A DNA stretch of 46,599 bases from NCBI RefSeq assembly GCF_001186125.1, contig NW_014040512.1, positions 116,719 to 163,317 on the forward strand. The letters are read 5' to 3'. The notes beneath the pieces are model-generated. The model made no database searches. It saw nothing but the letters and a program-made list of their open reading frames with translations, and was not told where the DNA came from. The stretch is from Sphaeroforma arctica JP610. Lineage: Eukaryota. Below are positions 11,500 to 22,042 of this stretch, one piece after another (position 1 is the first letter of the stretch; each line of letters starts with the position of its first letter). The position numbers and the translations under genes are program-made.

Positions 11500-14400
11500 C
11501 CACGGACCTTTTGACAAAAATTTGGTCTGTGAAACGCCTTTCCAGTTGCCCCGAATGCACCAGTGTGGAATTGAAGACGATAATCTGAGAAATTTACTGA
11601 CCCCTCTGATCGAGTCTCCTGCACGAAACCAAAATCCGAGAAAACACCTCCAATTTTATTTTCTGAAGCTTCCAGTTTGCTCGGCAAAAAGTCGGTGCAG
11701 AATGCATCAGCCCCTACCAATGTGCCTGGCACACAATTCCCTCACACAAAGACTGGGCTATTATGCTTAAGTCGATCGCGGACCTTCACGACCAAATTAA
11801 ACCCCTACAAGAAAAAAATCTTAGACCTTGAAACCCTCCCCATTATAACCCCGAGCGACAACCACAGTAACGCAATTCAATTTGATGTGAGCTCACCCGA
11901 GCAACCAACAAATGATGCCACTGTGATCACTGCACCGGCAAACCGTTTGCGCACCAATGAGCCACGTAACATTGAAGTCGCCAGCCACCGCTCCACAGTA
12001 GCTAATTCGACAAAGCCGTCCTCCGAAACACGACCAACCCCTCCAGTACCAAAAGTAACAGCCCGCCCGGCAGTTTCTGAAGCACTCATGTTGCAAATGA
12101 TGGGTTGCCAGATCCCTGAAAAAGCTCTAGACGGATTACTGGATACAACTCCTGTCTGGCTCTTCTTCAAAGCAGTATTTCCAATTGGCAAGCCTCGCCC
12201 ACGTTCTACCTTCAAACAAGTGTGGCGTTCTCACCATATATAAATCGTCCCCATATTTTTCTGGTATATGCCATCGAACCCAATTTCCGAACGCAACCGG
12301 CGGGGCCGAGCAACCAGCATCATCCGAATATGTAATTTCGGCTGAGGTCAAAGCCAGTTTGATACGAATTGCGAATGATTCTTTGGATTGTCAACCCCCG
12401 CTACAGTAAGTACCCATATTCAACCAAAGCAGCAATCATACATTTTCTATCTACTACCGAACCCTTTGACGAAATCAGTAGATATCAAGATCCTCAAATC
12501 TATGACCGAGTAAGAGAATATTTCAATGGACGCGTGGCAAAGCCGCAACCCAGGACTCCACCCGCATCCAAACTACCCAATCAGCGGTTTCCCTACTCTT
12601 GGAGAAGGCAGATCAGCTGGAAGCACGTGAAGGACGACATGGAAATCAACAATGCAGAAACAGTTATCAGCTTGACAGAAGACGAACAATGCTAGGACTT
12701 ATGCGGATGACGCTTCTTAAACCACGAGGTCTTAACATGAATAATCCGACCAGGTCATAAAGGTATTTGAACGTTATATCGATTTTGGTTCAGGTTGATG
12801 TTATGTGTGTGGTTGAAACCTGACACAATGTGACTTTACTAAATCATGTATGTTCTTCCACGAAGCATCATATCTTACATCATACTGCACAACACAACCC
12901 CCTACATCTCTCACACTGTGATATTCAAGTTCTATCTCATCCATTCATCACATATGCAGATGTTCGGATGCATGTATTCTACCTCCCACTTTACTCACTA
13001 ACGGTGGCAGAATTCAAACACTGCATGAATCCTCCTGAGACCGGCACCTTTCAATCAGATGTTGTATGGGGCGATCAGTATTCTACCTCCCACTTCACTC
13101 ACTAACAGAGCCAGAAGTTAAACACTACATGAATCCTCCTGAGAACGGCACCTTTGAATCAGATGTCGTTTGGGGTGATTTAAATTTCAAAGCTAGACAG
13201 TACGGTCACGCATCCACGATCCATAGACTCCGCAGAAAGACGGTAGTGGCCAATATTCTCATTGCCTGGCGTCTACAGTACTCTCATACGGGAGGCCTAC
13301 CGATACAGCGCAGTCACGTTATCTACGACAACCAGTAGAAATCTTCAGATAGTCACAAATAAACTAGTAAAACCTCAATCACCGCCCCACCACCAGAGTC
13401 TTCTATCCCACGGCTACAACCGGTATCGCCACCGGTTGCATCATTTACACGATAAGGCCTGCACTCTGTTGTTTCAGGCTCAGATATGGAAGCACCAACA
13501 TCTATTATGATCATACCTGGCAATACATGGGCCGTCAGACGGATTGAATCGTATACTAGATCGAATTTGGGCTACACAGCAAACCCCGCCATTTTTGGAG
13601 GCTACTAATACGATACTGATAAACCGTGGGTACAACGACTGCCGAATCCCACGGTCCGCCCGTGACCGGTTGCCCGGCACAACATCCGTATGTATAAATA
13701 TATCGCACATCAACGTTGATCACCGTGTCAACCTTGTATACCGGGTGTCCAGGATTCGGGTGCTGCAATACGGATTACTACCAAGATCTCTCTTATCACG
13801 CCAACGCTAACAGGCTCCCCAAATGCGAATACTCTCAACAGACACCTACTTATCTCTCCCATGCCCATGGCGGTGGAACTCTCTGGCATTTATCCGCAGC
13901 CTTCCAAATAACTGCAGATTCAACTGTCCCACGACATACCGGGTATCGACTTTGTACAACACATGGACCACCTCGTGGCAGCATTACTCCAGGCTATAGT
14001 GTCCTTCCGTGCGTATAGATTTTATGGATTCAGCTGGCGCCATCCGTGAAATCGATTGGCAATATTCACGACATTCATTCTTTCAACGGCCACCTATGGT
14101 CTGATCATCATTGCAGGGGCTCCACCTATATGCCGCGTTGAAGTCGCTGTATAAGCGGTACAACTCAGCACTAATCCAAGCAGTAGCCATCGTATCAGTC
14201 ACTGCATTCCCGAAATTCCCATATCACCGCATACGGTTCTTCGTTTGCTTTTTCGCTGCTGTTGTTTACTTCCAACACGCCAATTTATGGAGTACCTTGG
14301 TGGATGCCTGGGACTACATCTTGACTCGATCAATAATGCAAAACCATTAACCCAATTTACAAAACCCGCTTGGACAGGTAACAGATCACCGGACAAATTC

Positions 14401-15100
14401 CTGTTCAGTATTTACGTTTGTTTAGAATCGAGGGGCGGGAGTACACCTAACAACAGAGAACACTGTATGTTCTGCGAGCAGATTCACAACACGACGCTTC
14501 ACAACTAAGAAAATGGCCGAGAAAGCTCGCCGCCAATATTCCTACCGACTTATAAAGAATGTGCTTCGCATCACTGACCCAGATAAGCCGTCCCATGAAA
14601 GCCTTACTCATTGCCGTGAACACACCCCAATCCGCCTTTGTGCCATGATAGCAACCAACACGTTCCAATACAAATTGCTTGGCTAACATACTGGTAGATA
14701 CTTCTGTCTCAGTGTGCCCCGGATATGAGACTTTCACTTTCAGCCACTTTGCTTGTATCAGCAGCTTGATATGGCGTATTCTGGTGGGCCCTAATCTACC
14801 ACCAATTAGACCATACTTACTACAACAGCTACAAAATCGGCACGACTAACACGACATATGGGCTCTCCACAAACATCTCGGGAGCTTCCGAGATTACCAC
14901 TACGAGTGTGGGCCAGCTTTAATCCACACAATGGCACACGAGTTTTATCTCCCATCCAAATGGCGGAAGTGTACTGTATCCATCGTCACGAAGCAACGCG
15001 TCGTATGTCCTCAATCGTTGCATCACTCGCCCCGAGTTTCTCGCGGCAGTTCGACAATCCTAACATCCTTCAATATTCCATGAACCTCTCCAACGAATAT
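11500..15100 (+). mobile_element. Degenerate APE-type non-LTR retrotransposon (LINE), copy 1
   Basis: ORF1-like remnants 11522-12695. Endonuclease motifs MTLL.PRGLN, VDVMCVVET*H, VVWGDLNFK. The 3' region (14770-15070) is homologous to 22430-23000. The RT core was not recognised. Boundaries are approximate. Confidence 0.68.
12974..13181. repeat. 104-bp tandem duplication inside the LINE endonuclease
   Basis: GTATTCTACCTCCCACT...GGGG[C/T]GAT at 12974 and 13078. Confidence 0.88.
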
Positions 15101-15983
15101 GAAACGACTGAATGCGCAGAGTACCCTGTACTGATATCCGTATTGAGAACTTCTGTTAGAAGTGCACTGATGTGCATGTCTGTGTCATTCATGGTGTATT
15201 TCAGGTGTCCGTGTCCGTAAGTGTATACGAGTTTGTAGTGCTGTGGTATTCCCACCTGCTGCACTGTAGGCCGCTATATGAGCCCGGGCTTGCTGTATCT
15301 CAGGACTCAGAAGCTGCAATAACGCGTGCGTCTTCATCAGATGCCACTCTATATGAAGCTGAAGAGTACGCTCGTATGTGCGCAAGCCGAGAGAGTGCTC
15401 TAGTAGCTGTACAATGCAGAGGCTTAATCCGCATCCGTTCGACTACGTTCGTGCGCGCGTCCATGGTTTTTCATTAGGTATGTCATGTTTTTATTCTTAA
15501 CTTGGGATATTTGATAATCAGTTACACATGACCCTTCGCTAACTTTCAAAATACAGAATCCACCGAGTCCTTGTATATCGTGCGAGAAGGTTTACGCTAT
15601 CACATTGTTGATTGGGTTGGATGTAATCTAGTGTATACCGCTCGCTTTAAAATATTTCAAAATGGCTTATCATGAGTCAACGCTGGTTTTACAAGGTTTC
15701 AAGTAAGGACAGCTGTCATGTGTACATTCTTTAGGGCTTTTAGCAGCCCCCCCCCCCTCCCCTAGTATCACGCTCTACGACATGGCTCAAATAGTAGCGA
15801 TTAGATGGTAATTCAGGTCAACTACGTGTATCCTGCGGGTTGTGCTTGCTGGCTGTGCTGACCGTTGTTCGCGATTTGTGTATGAATCAGAGGGTTTCTA
15901 TGACTCCTCTCAGAGCTTCAGCCATTGATAAAATCTTTGTCTTCAATGCCTTGCGTAATTCTTCTGAGAGCTTTTGCATACGA

Positions 15984-16350
15984 CCATGAAGCACCTGTCT
16001 ATCTGATTAAATAGTATCCGGAGTAGGTGGTGTGAACCTGGTAGCGCTAGGTTGCACGGCACCAAAAATGTACGTCGGATGGAGTTGAATGGCTACTCGT
16101 GCAGAGCTTTAAGTTCGAACAACTGAGGCCGTTGGTTTGTGTGCAGTGCTTCCGCGCTTTGTTTCCCATGAAGCACCTGTCTATCTGATTAAATAGTATC
16201 CGGAGTAGGTGGTGTGAACCTGGTAGCGCTAGGTTGCACGGCACCAAAAATGTACGTCGGATGGAGTTGAATGGCTACTCGTGCAGAGCTTTAAGTTCGA
16301 ACAACTGAGGCCGTTGGTTTGTGTGCAGTGCTTCCGCCGCGCTCTGTTTC
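15984..16350. repeat. 182-bp near-perfect tandem duplication
   Basis: CCATGAAGCACCTGTC... at 15984 and 16166. Confidence 0.92.
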
Positions 16351-16689
16351 CTGAAATTATCAATAGACTCTGGCCTATGCGGTTCCTATCCGCCCGCTGC
16401 TTTGTGTGCACAAAATCTTGTAGAGATAGTTGCCCGCCTGATTATCGTTTTAAGATCTTATACCTAGTGTCCTACAACACGACGCTGTTTGGTCCTGAAC
16501 CCGAAAATATATATTGTCTTCCCCATGACGACTGAAAAGCTTGACGTTGGAGGAATTGTACCTATTTCTGTGCGTACTTTTGCAAATCGGTAAAGCTCTA
16601 TCTCCCATGTCTACGTTCCTGACGTGAACGTGATTAGGTTACTGCCGACCGCGTCTCTCGTTGTGTGGAACGAGACTTTCTCTGAGTCA

Positions 16690-16855
16690 TCACTTCTATC
16701 TCATTAAAATCTTTATTCCACTAATCAGTCCGGTCCACTGGTCCGGTCCTAAAATAATCCCCTAGGTCCGGCCCTCTGGTCCGATCCTAGACTCTTCTTT
16801 CACGTTCGGTCCTCTGGTTCGGTCATATATATCCACATAGGGTACTTTGTCCACA
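16690..16855 (-). repeat. Dispersed LTR-like repeat, copy 2 (inverted relative to 8556-8700)
   Basis: Ends ...CATAGGGTACTTTGTCCACA; CCGGTCC subrepeats. Confidence 0.6.
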
Positions 16856-18164
16856 CCCTACGCTCAGCAAGTGTGGCCCTTCCTTAAGTACACTCATAGC
16901 TGACACTCTCCTGCTGCCTCCGACATACCGTAGAAGTAATGCCGTGTTGTATGGATTTTCGTGTTACTATTAATCATTGCAGGCTTAATATACACACTGT
17001 CTTTGCCTCGGTTGTGTCGGTATATTTGTCTACCTCGCATCTCCATTGTCTATTTCACGCGGTATAGCTCCTGCTCATGTGCTGTCAAACAGCACACTCT
17101 ACCCCAACAGCTGTCATATTCGCTTGTTGTAGCGATTTTCGTTTGTCACTACCGCTAACAACTTCTGAAATGTAGAAATAGCAGACTACCTATCTACCAT
17201 ATAAATTGCTATAATACGTACAAACTATACACTAACTACACCAATCCGTATTCATTTGTACTACTCTTCATATTCATGTACAGTTCTCTATTGAGACACG
17301 CATTCTTTACTCTACTTACACATAGCACATACAACTATTTATACTAACGATCTGTATTTTTGTTTTGTTTATGTACAACTTAATACTATATCTTTTGTTC
17401 AGCAAACAGCGATAATTGTTACAGACCACTTCTTACTTTCTTGTATTGTTTCATATCATGTCTTATGCGCATGTGTATGCTTCTAATACATTATACTCTT
17501 CTGCCATGGGTTTAGGATTTTCCCACGCCTGTTACATTTCAATTTACTTACCGTTCGTGTGACCACTTACCTTTTTTTAATAGATCGTCTTCTGTTGGCG
17601 TTAGCGGTATTTTCGTCAACATCTGTTCTCGTTTCATATTCAGGTGTTCGGTTATCTTTTGACGTATTCAGCTTCTTATAGACTCCTCCATATCCACTAT
17701 ATTCATTCTCATTTGCCGTGGAAATCCTCTATTTAAGTATCATACATTGGTTTAATCGCTGCCAACCATTTCTGGCAATATATCTATTGCGAAGTCGTCC
17801 ATATCGTTGATACACGCTCCTCTATGTTCTTTATTGCTTTATGTGCAACATCTTCTTCGCTACTAAAATCCGACAGCAGTGCTGGCATATTTGCCTTGCC
17901 ATTCCATTACCGACTCCGCTATCTTTGTTGGTCCAACTCTCCCTCGTTTGCTCCATGTGTATTTGATGGTCCAGAAAGGGTTAATGGTGGTTTTGCCCAA
18001 TCTCTTGCTAGTCTTGTTAATAAATTACCATTAAATAGTACTTCATGCGACAATTTTATCCATTTCTCACGTTATTCCATATCTATACTTGTATATAGTC
18101 TTTACAATAATCAGTTCGTTACAACTACTACAATTTTATTAAAAATGTGGGGTTATGGTTACAA

Positions 18165-18238
18165 TCTCTGTTAACTCAGTTGGTTAGAGTGCGGACCTAA
18201 TAAGTCCGAAGTCACCAGGTCGAGCCTGGTACGGAGAA
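18165..18238 (+). tRNA. tRNA-Ile (anticodon AAT), atypical
   Basis: Acceptor stem TCTCTGT/ACGGAGA; D stem ACTC/GAGT; anticodon stem CGGAC/GTCCG with loop CTAATAA (AAT at 18199-18201); T stem ACCAG/CTGGT; discriminator A; T6 run at 18244-18249 as a Pol III terminator. Confidence 0.88.
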
Positions 18239-18865
18239 TACTATTTTTTCCACCCTTATGGTGGAACATGTAATTCATGTTTTTAGGAGATACTGTAGAA
18301 TTTTAAATGAAATTGCTATGTAATTGCGCATAGTGGTGGAACTGAGAATTTGCAGTAGATTCTGTCGTCATGGATTGTATCTAAGATCAAGATGACGCTC
18401 TTCAACCAACAAGGACTCAACATGGACAACGCAGCACATACTGATAAGTGTTTGAACGTGGTATCGATTTTGAGTCAGATTGATGTTATGTATGTGGTTG
18501 AAACCTGACATAACATCACATCTCTTATTGATATATTCTCGAACGCACACTATCATATTCTACATCACACAACACGGCATAATATCTGACACCTTTCACA
18601 CTGTGGTATTGGCACCTTTTCCAAACAGCACCCATCAAAATTTCAATTTGTACACTCCTCACCGTACGCGGTGTTCTTTATATGCTTTGGCGTTCACACG
18701 ACCGTGTCCTACCTGCCACTCAAGCCACTTACCAAAGAAGACGTCAGGCGATACATGAATCCCCCCCCGAGATTGGCAATTTTCAACCAGACGTTTTTTG
18801 GGGGGACTTCAACTTCAAAGCCTGTAAGTATGGCCACGCATCTGGAGGTCGAACAAACCAAAATC

Positions 18866-19514
18866 TTGTAACTGTACCGTGTGCTGGTCAACCATCTGTA
18901 CGCCGAAGTGGTGTGCGACACTGTCTCCGTGACACCCAAAACCATTGACGAGTTCCGCCGCCTCGTGATGGCGGATCTGCTGCCTATGATGCCGTCTATG
19001 ACAAACGCGTATGTCGTCTGGCCCGAGCTTTACACGTGCCTGGTCGACGCGGCCCGTGTTACGGTATCCGTTATGGACATGGAATTGACCCAAACCGCCG
19101 AGCTCGTAGACGCCAAGTATAATAGACCTCGCAAGCTTTACGGTGGACCAGAAGAGACGATATATTTCCGTCGCGAGGTGCGAAAATCGAGTTTTAGAAA
19201 GTTTGGATCAGACTGGTCCGTGTCCGTCTCGCGCGCCGGCGATTTCTTCCTGTACAGTTGGTTGGATATAACACTACCCTCAGGTAAGCTTAACAACAAC
19301 GACCCCAACAAGCGCCTGCATTGGACACACAAAGTGGGTCTAAACATGCTCAAGCACGTTTCTCTAACCTTTAACAACATATGCGCGTTCAGCTTTGACA
19401 AAATTTCGATGGACTTCTGGACCAATTTCACGACCCCCACGTCGCACCCACGTTGGTAACAACAATGACATTGGTAATGTCAACGCGCTGATCCAACCGC
19501 ACCGTGCCGGCGAT
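18866..19514 (+). other. Endogenous viral element (649-bp insert) flanked by AAATC direct repeats
   Basis: AAATC at 18861-18865 and 19515-19519. Removing the insert restores the LINE frame NQN-HRL, which aligns with copy 1 (GHAS..HRL...W.L.Y). Confidence 0.82.
19079..19514 (+). pseudogene. MCP: N-terminal fragment of an NCLDV double-jelly-roll major capsid protein, iridovirus/marseillevirus-like
   Basis: IDLASF (alternative frame, 19122-19139), LYGGPEETIYFRREVRKSS, FGSDWSVSVSRAGDFFLYSWLDITLP, LHWTHKVGLNMLKHVSLTFN, FDKISMDFWTNFTTP, then after a frameshift NDIGNVNALIQP. These are colinear with iridovirid MCP motifs recalled from memory (IDIATF, YGG..A..YFVRE.RKS, FGQEWSV.ISRAGDYL, W..N..HN, FN, FD...LDFW..FT.P, MIGN...LI.P). 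Confidence 0.9.
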
Positions 19515-20196
19515 AAATCACAGACTACATATGAACACAATCGAGGCTACCATGTGTAGAACGTGGCACTTGGACTATCTCTATGCTGATGGCTCAACTG
19601 GTACAGAACATGCGTATCACCGGCTTACCACCCCCGCCCCCCTCCAGACCTATAAGCTAACGCACTAGTATCTATGGTGACCACACCTTTGTACTCGATC
19701 TCCAGGTACTTCTAACGGAACAAATCCTTCGGCCCCAACAAATGCCACCGATGCCGCCGCCTTCGGACCAACGCACCTCCCCTCTCATGGATATAACCAA
19801 TACCAATATCGACTTTATCACCTACGCAACGAATCCCGCGCACAACTATTCCAAGCTAAAATATCCGGGCGCATCAGAACCTACTACGGTTGTATCTCAC
19901 CTTGCACGGTCCAGTTAAAGGGCTGATACGGATCCTCGACCGCATCTGGCGCTATGAACGGCTGCCAAACCACTCGTTTCGCCCACGTCTGACCGCCCAA
20001 AGCAATACTCAATCGGTCAAAGATATTGCGTATCAATGACGGTCTCCGCACCAACCATACATACCGGGTGCCTATGACACATGCGCCACTATCACTGGCT
20101 ACTTTGAGGACCTATCTAACTCTAAAAACCCTACGTTGCTCCACCGGATGCCGAATCCTTGCCAGATGTAACTTCCGCCATACGCCCCGACGATGT

Positions 20197-22042
20197 TGTA
20201 AACTTCGATGGATATTTCTATGTTTTAAACTATATTATATAAACTAAGATACAATTTAAGTCAGCTAGGATTTAGCAGTGGTAGCTTGCGTAAAAATGGT
20301 CGGGACTGCCTCTTGGTAAGAGCCTTAATATACTCGATCACACAGGACGTACCTCTAACTGTTCTTTATTGAATAAATTTCATTACAAGTACTAAGTGTT
20401 CATGACCACATGTCTAATTTGTAGATAGACATACGAACGTAAGTCAAGTTATTACTTTAGCTAATATAAATAAAGTTCCATCTGAAGAAAAGTTAAAAAA
20501 AGAAGAAGACTTATTGGATTTTGGAGATTGGCGGGAAGACCAAAACCTGTAAGTAGTAGTTCAGAGATTATAAAATTAGTTTATAATACCCTACATCTAC
20601 TATTGTCTCAAATAGGTCCAAGTAAATGAGTTATACCAAATACTCAGGCTATTGGAGCCATCAAAGTGAATTTAGAACACTTTGGAAATATTGGAAAAAC
20701 TTGTATTTTTTTTTTTTGAATACTGTAAAAGTCGGTCTTCTCTAGGCTGACTATACGATACCAAGACGTTTACGTTAATAATACAATACGTTAATACGTT
20801 TAAATGCAAAATGTTAAATAAGTTTAGCTTCAGCCCTTGGTAATGAGCAAAAGATTAGGGGATTTTACACTGAGACTATTGTCTATATGCTCCGCTCTAA
20901 TCACTCACTACTTCAGTCTAGATTTCTTTATGTTTTAGTTACTAAGACTAGATATCATTTCACTGGACACATGGTTTACATTTCACGCCTCGAAACAATT
21001 ACCTAATCAAACCAACCAATAAAATACCTCTAAGTCCAACTTAAGGAAATAAAAAGAAAATCAAAACACCAAGCTGGTGCAGTATACATCTGCACCTAAA
21101 CCCCATCACTTGGTACCTAGCTCCCCATCCCATTTAAGGCATAGACGGGCATATCTAGTTGGCTGGCTAGAAGGAATCAAAACCATGTTGTCCTAAATTC
21201 TAACAACTTTGATCCTGTCCTTTTCTCAGTGGATTATCTTGCTCTGAGATCATTATCGAATTATACCATAGGTTTGTATCAACAACCATTTCATGCCTGA
21301 GACCATCTCTCATGGTACTCCCATTAATTAAAGATTCCCAAAGTGTCATTTTCAGGTGTCAGATTGGTGTCGTTCCTATATTATGTACAATTCTAATTTC
21401 AGTGGAAAAGCCAATCTATATTTGGAAAACCACCTAATTGTCCACAAGCCCTCGAGTGGTGAATGTCAGGGACATCCTACACCTTCGGTTTCCCCCCGGG
21501 ATTATATCCGGGGGCCCGTCCCGTCCCTTCGGGGACGTGGAGGAGTCCTCCTACATGCCCGTTCGCTCGCTCGCTCTCAAAGAGGGCTCGCCCTCGAGTG
21601 GTGGAGAGCGGGTAGTAGCCTTCCTACACTCTCTACAAGAGTGGTGGATGTCAGGGACATCCTACGCCTTCGGTTCCTCCCCGGGATAAGGGAGGCGTCC
21701 CTTCAGGGTTGTGACCCTCCCCCGGGGTACTCGAGGGCTTGCCCTCTCGAGTGTAGGAGGACTCACCCACTACTCGGAAGAGCGTGTAGACCAGGAGGGT
21801 GTAGAGTCCCATACTATACTGAGTATTGTCACATGTTCAGAATCTTGAATTTCTCAGTTCTTGTTCATGTCCAATTCATTAAACGTATTATATTTACACG
21901 TTTACACGTTTAAGCGTGTATAATATACGCTAACTGTGCAACTACTATTAGGAACCCACTATTTTTTCAATACAAATAAAAACCAATGTGTTATCTCATT
22001 TGATCTTGATATTTGTGACTGACCGGAGACCGTATTTCTACA
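20197..22042 (+). mobile_element. Solo LTR (family A, copy 2), split by a ~1.25-kb secondary insertion
   Basis: TGTAAACTTC... at 20197 and ...GTATTTCTACA at 22042. Flanks ATGT/CTGT (3/4 match). Homology to copy 1 breaks at ~20705 and resumes at ~21966. Confidence 0.72.
20705..21965. mobile_element. Unclassified insertion within the solo LTR; includes a GC-rich block with a ~45-bp direct repeat (21454-21500, 21639-21685)
   Basis: Absent from LTR copy 1. Begins with a poly-T tract and is bounded by TATTTTTT on both sides. No recognisable protein. Confidence 0.5.

Noticed and set aside
18881..19459. 192-aa ORF as an intact domesticated capsid gene
   Set aside because: Non-ATG start, internal deletions and frameshifts relative to MCP motifs, and only the N-terminal part is present.
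21356..21913. 185-aa ORF
   Set aside because: Runs through a GC-rich repeated block; no recognisable domain.
7779..22042. Inverted repeats as TIRs of one large virus-like or Polinton-like element containing the MCP
   Set aside because: Each repeat has LTR-like termini and its own target duplication. The MCP fragment has separate AAATC-bounded junctions inside a LINE, and no pPolB, packaging ATPase or integrase is seen between the repeats.
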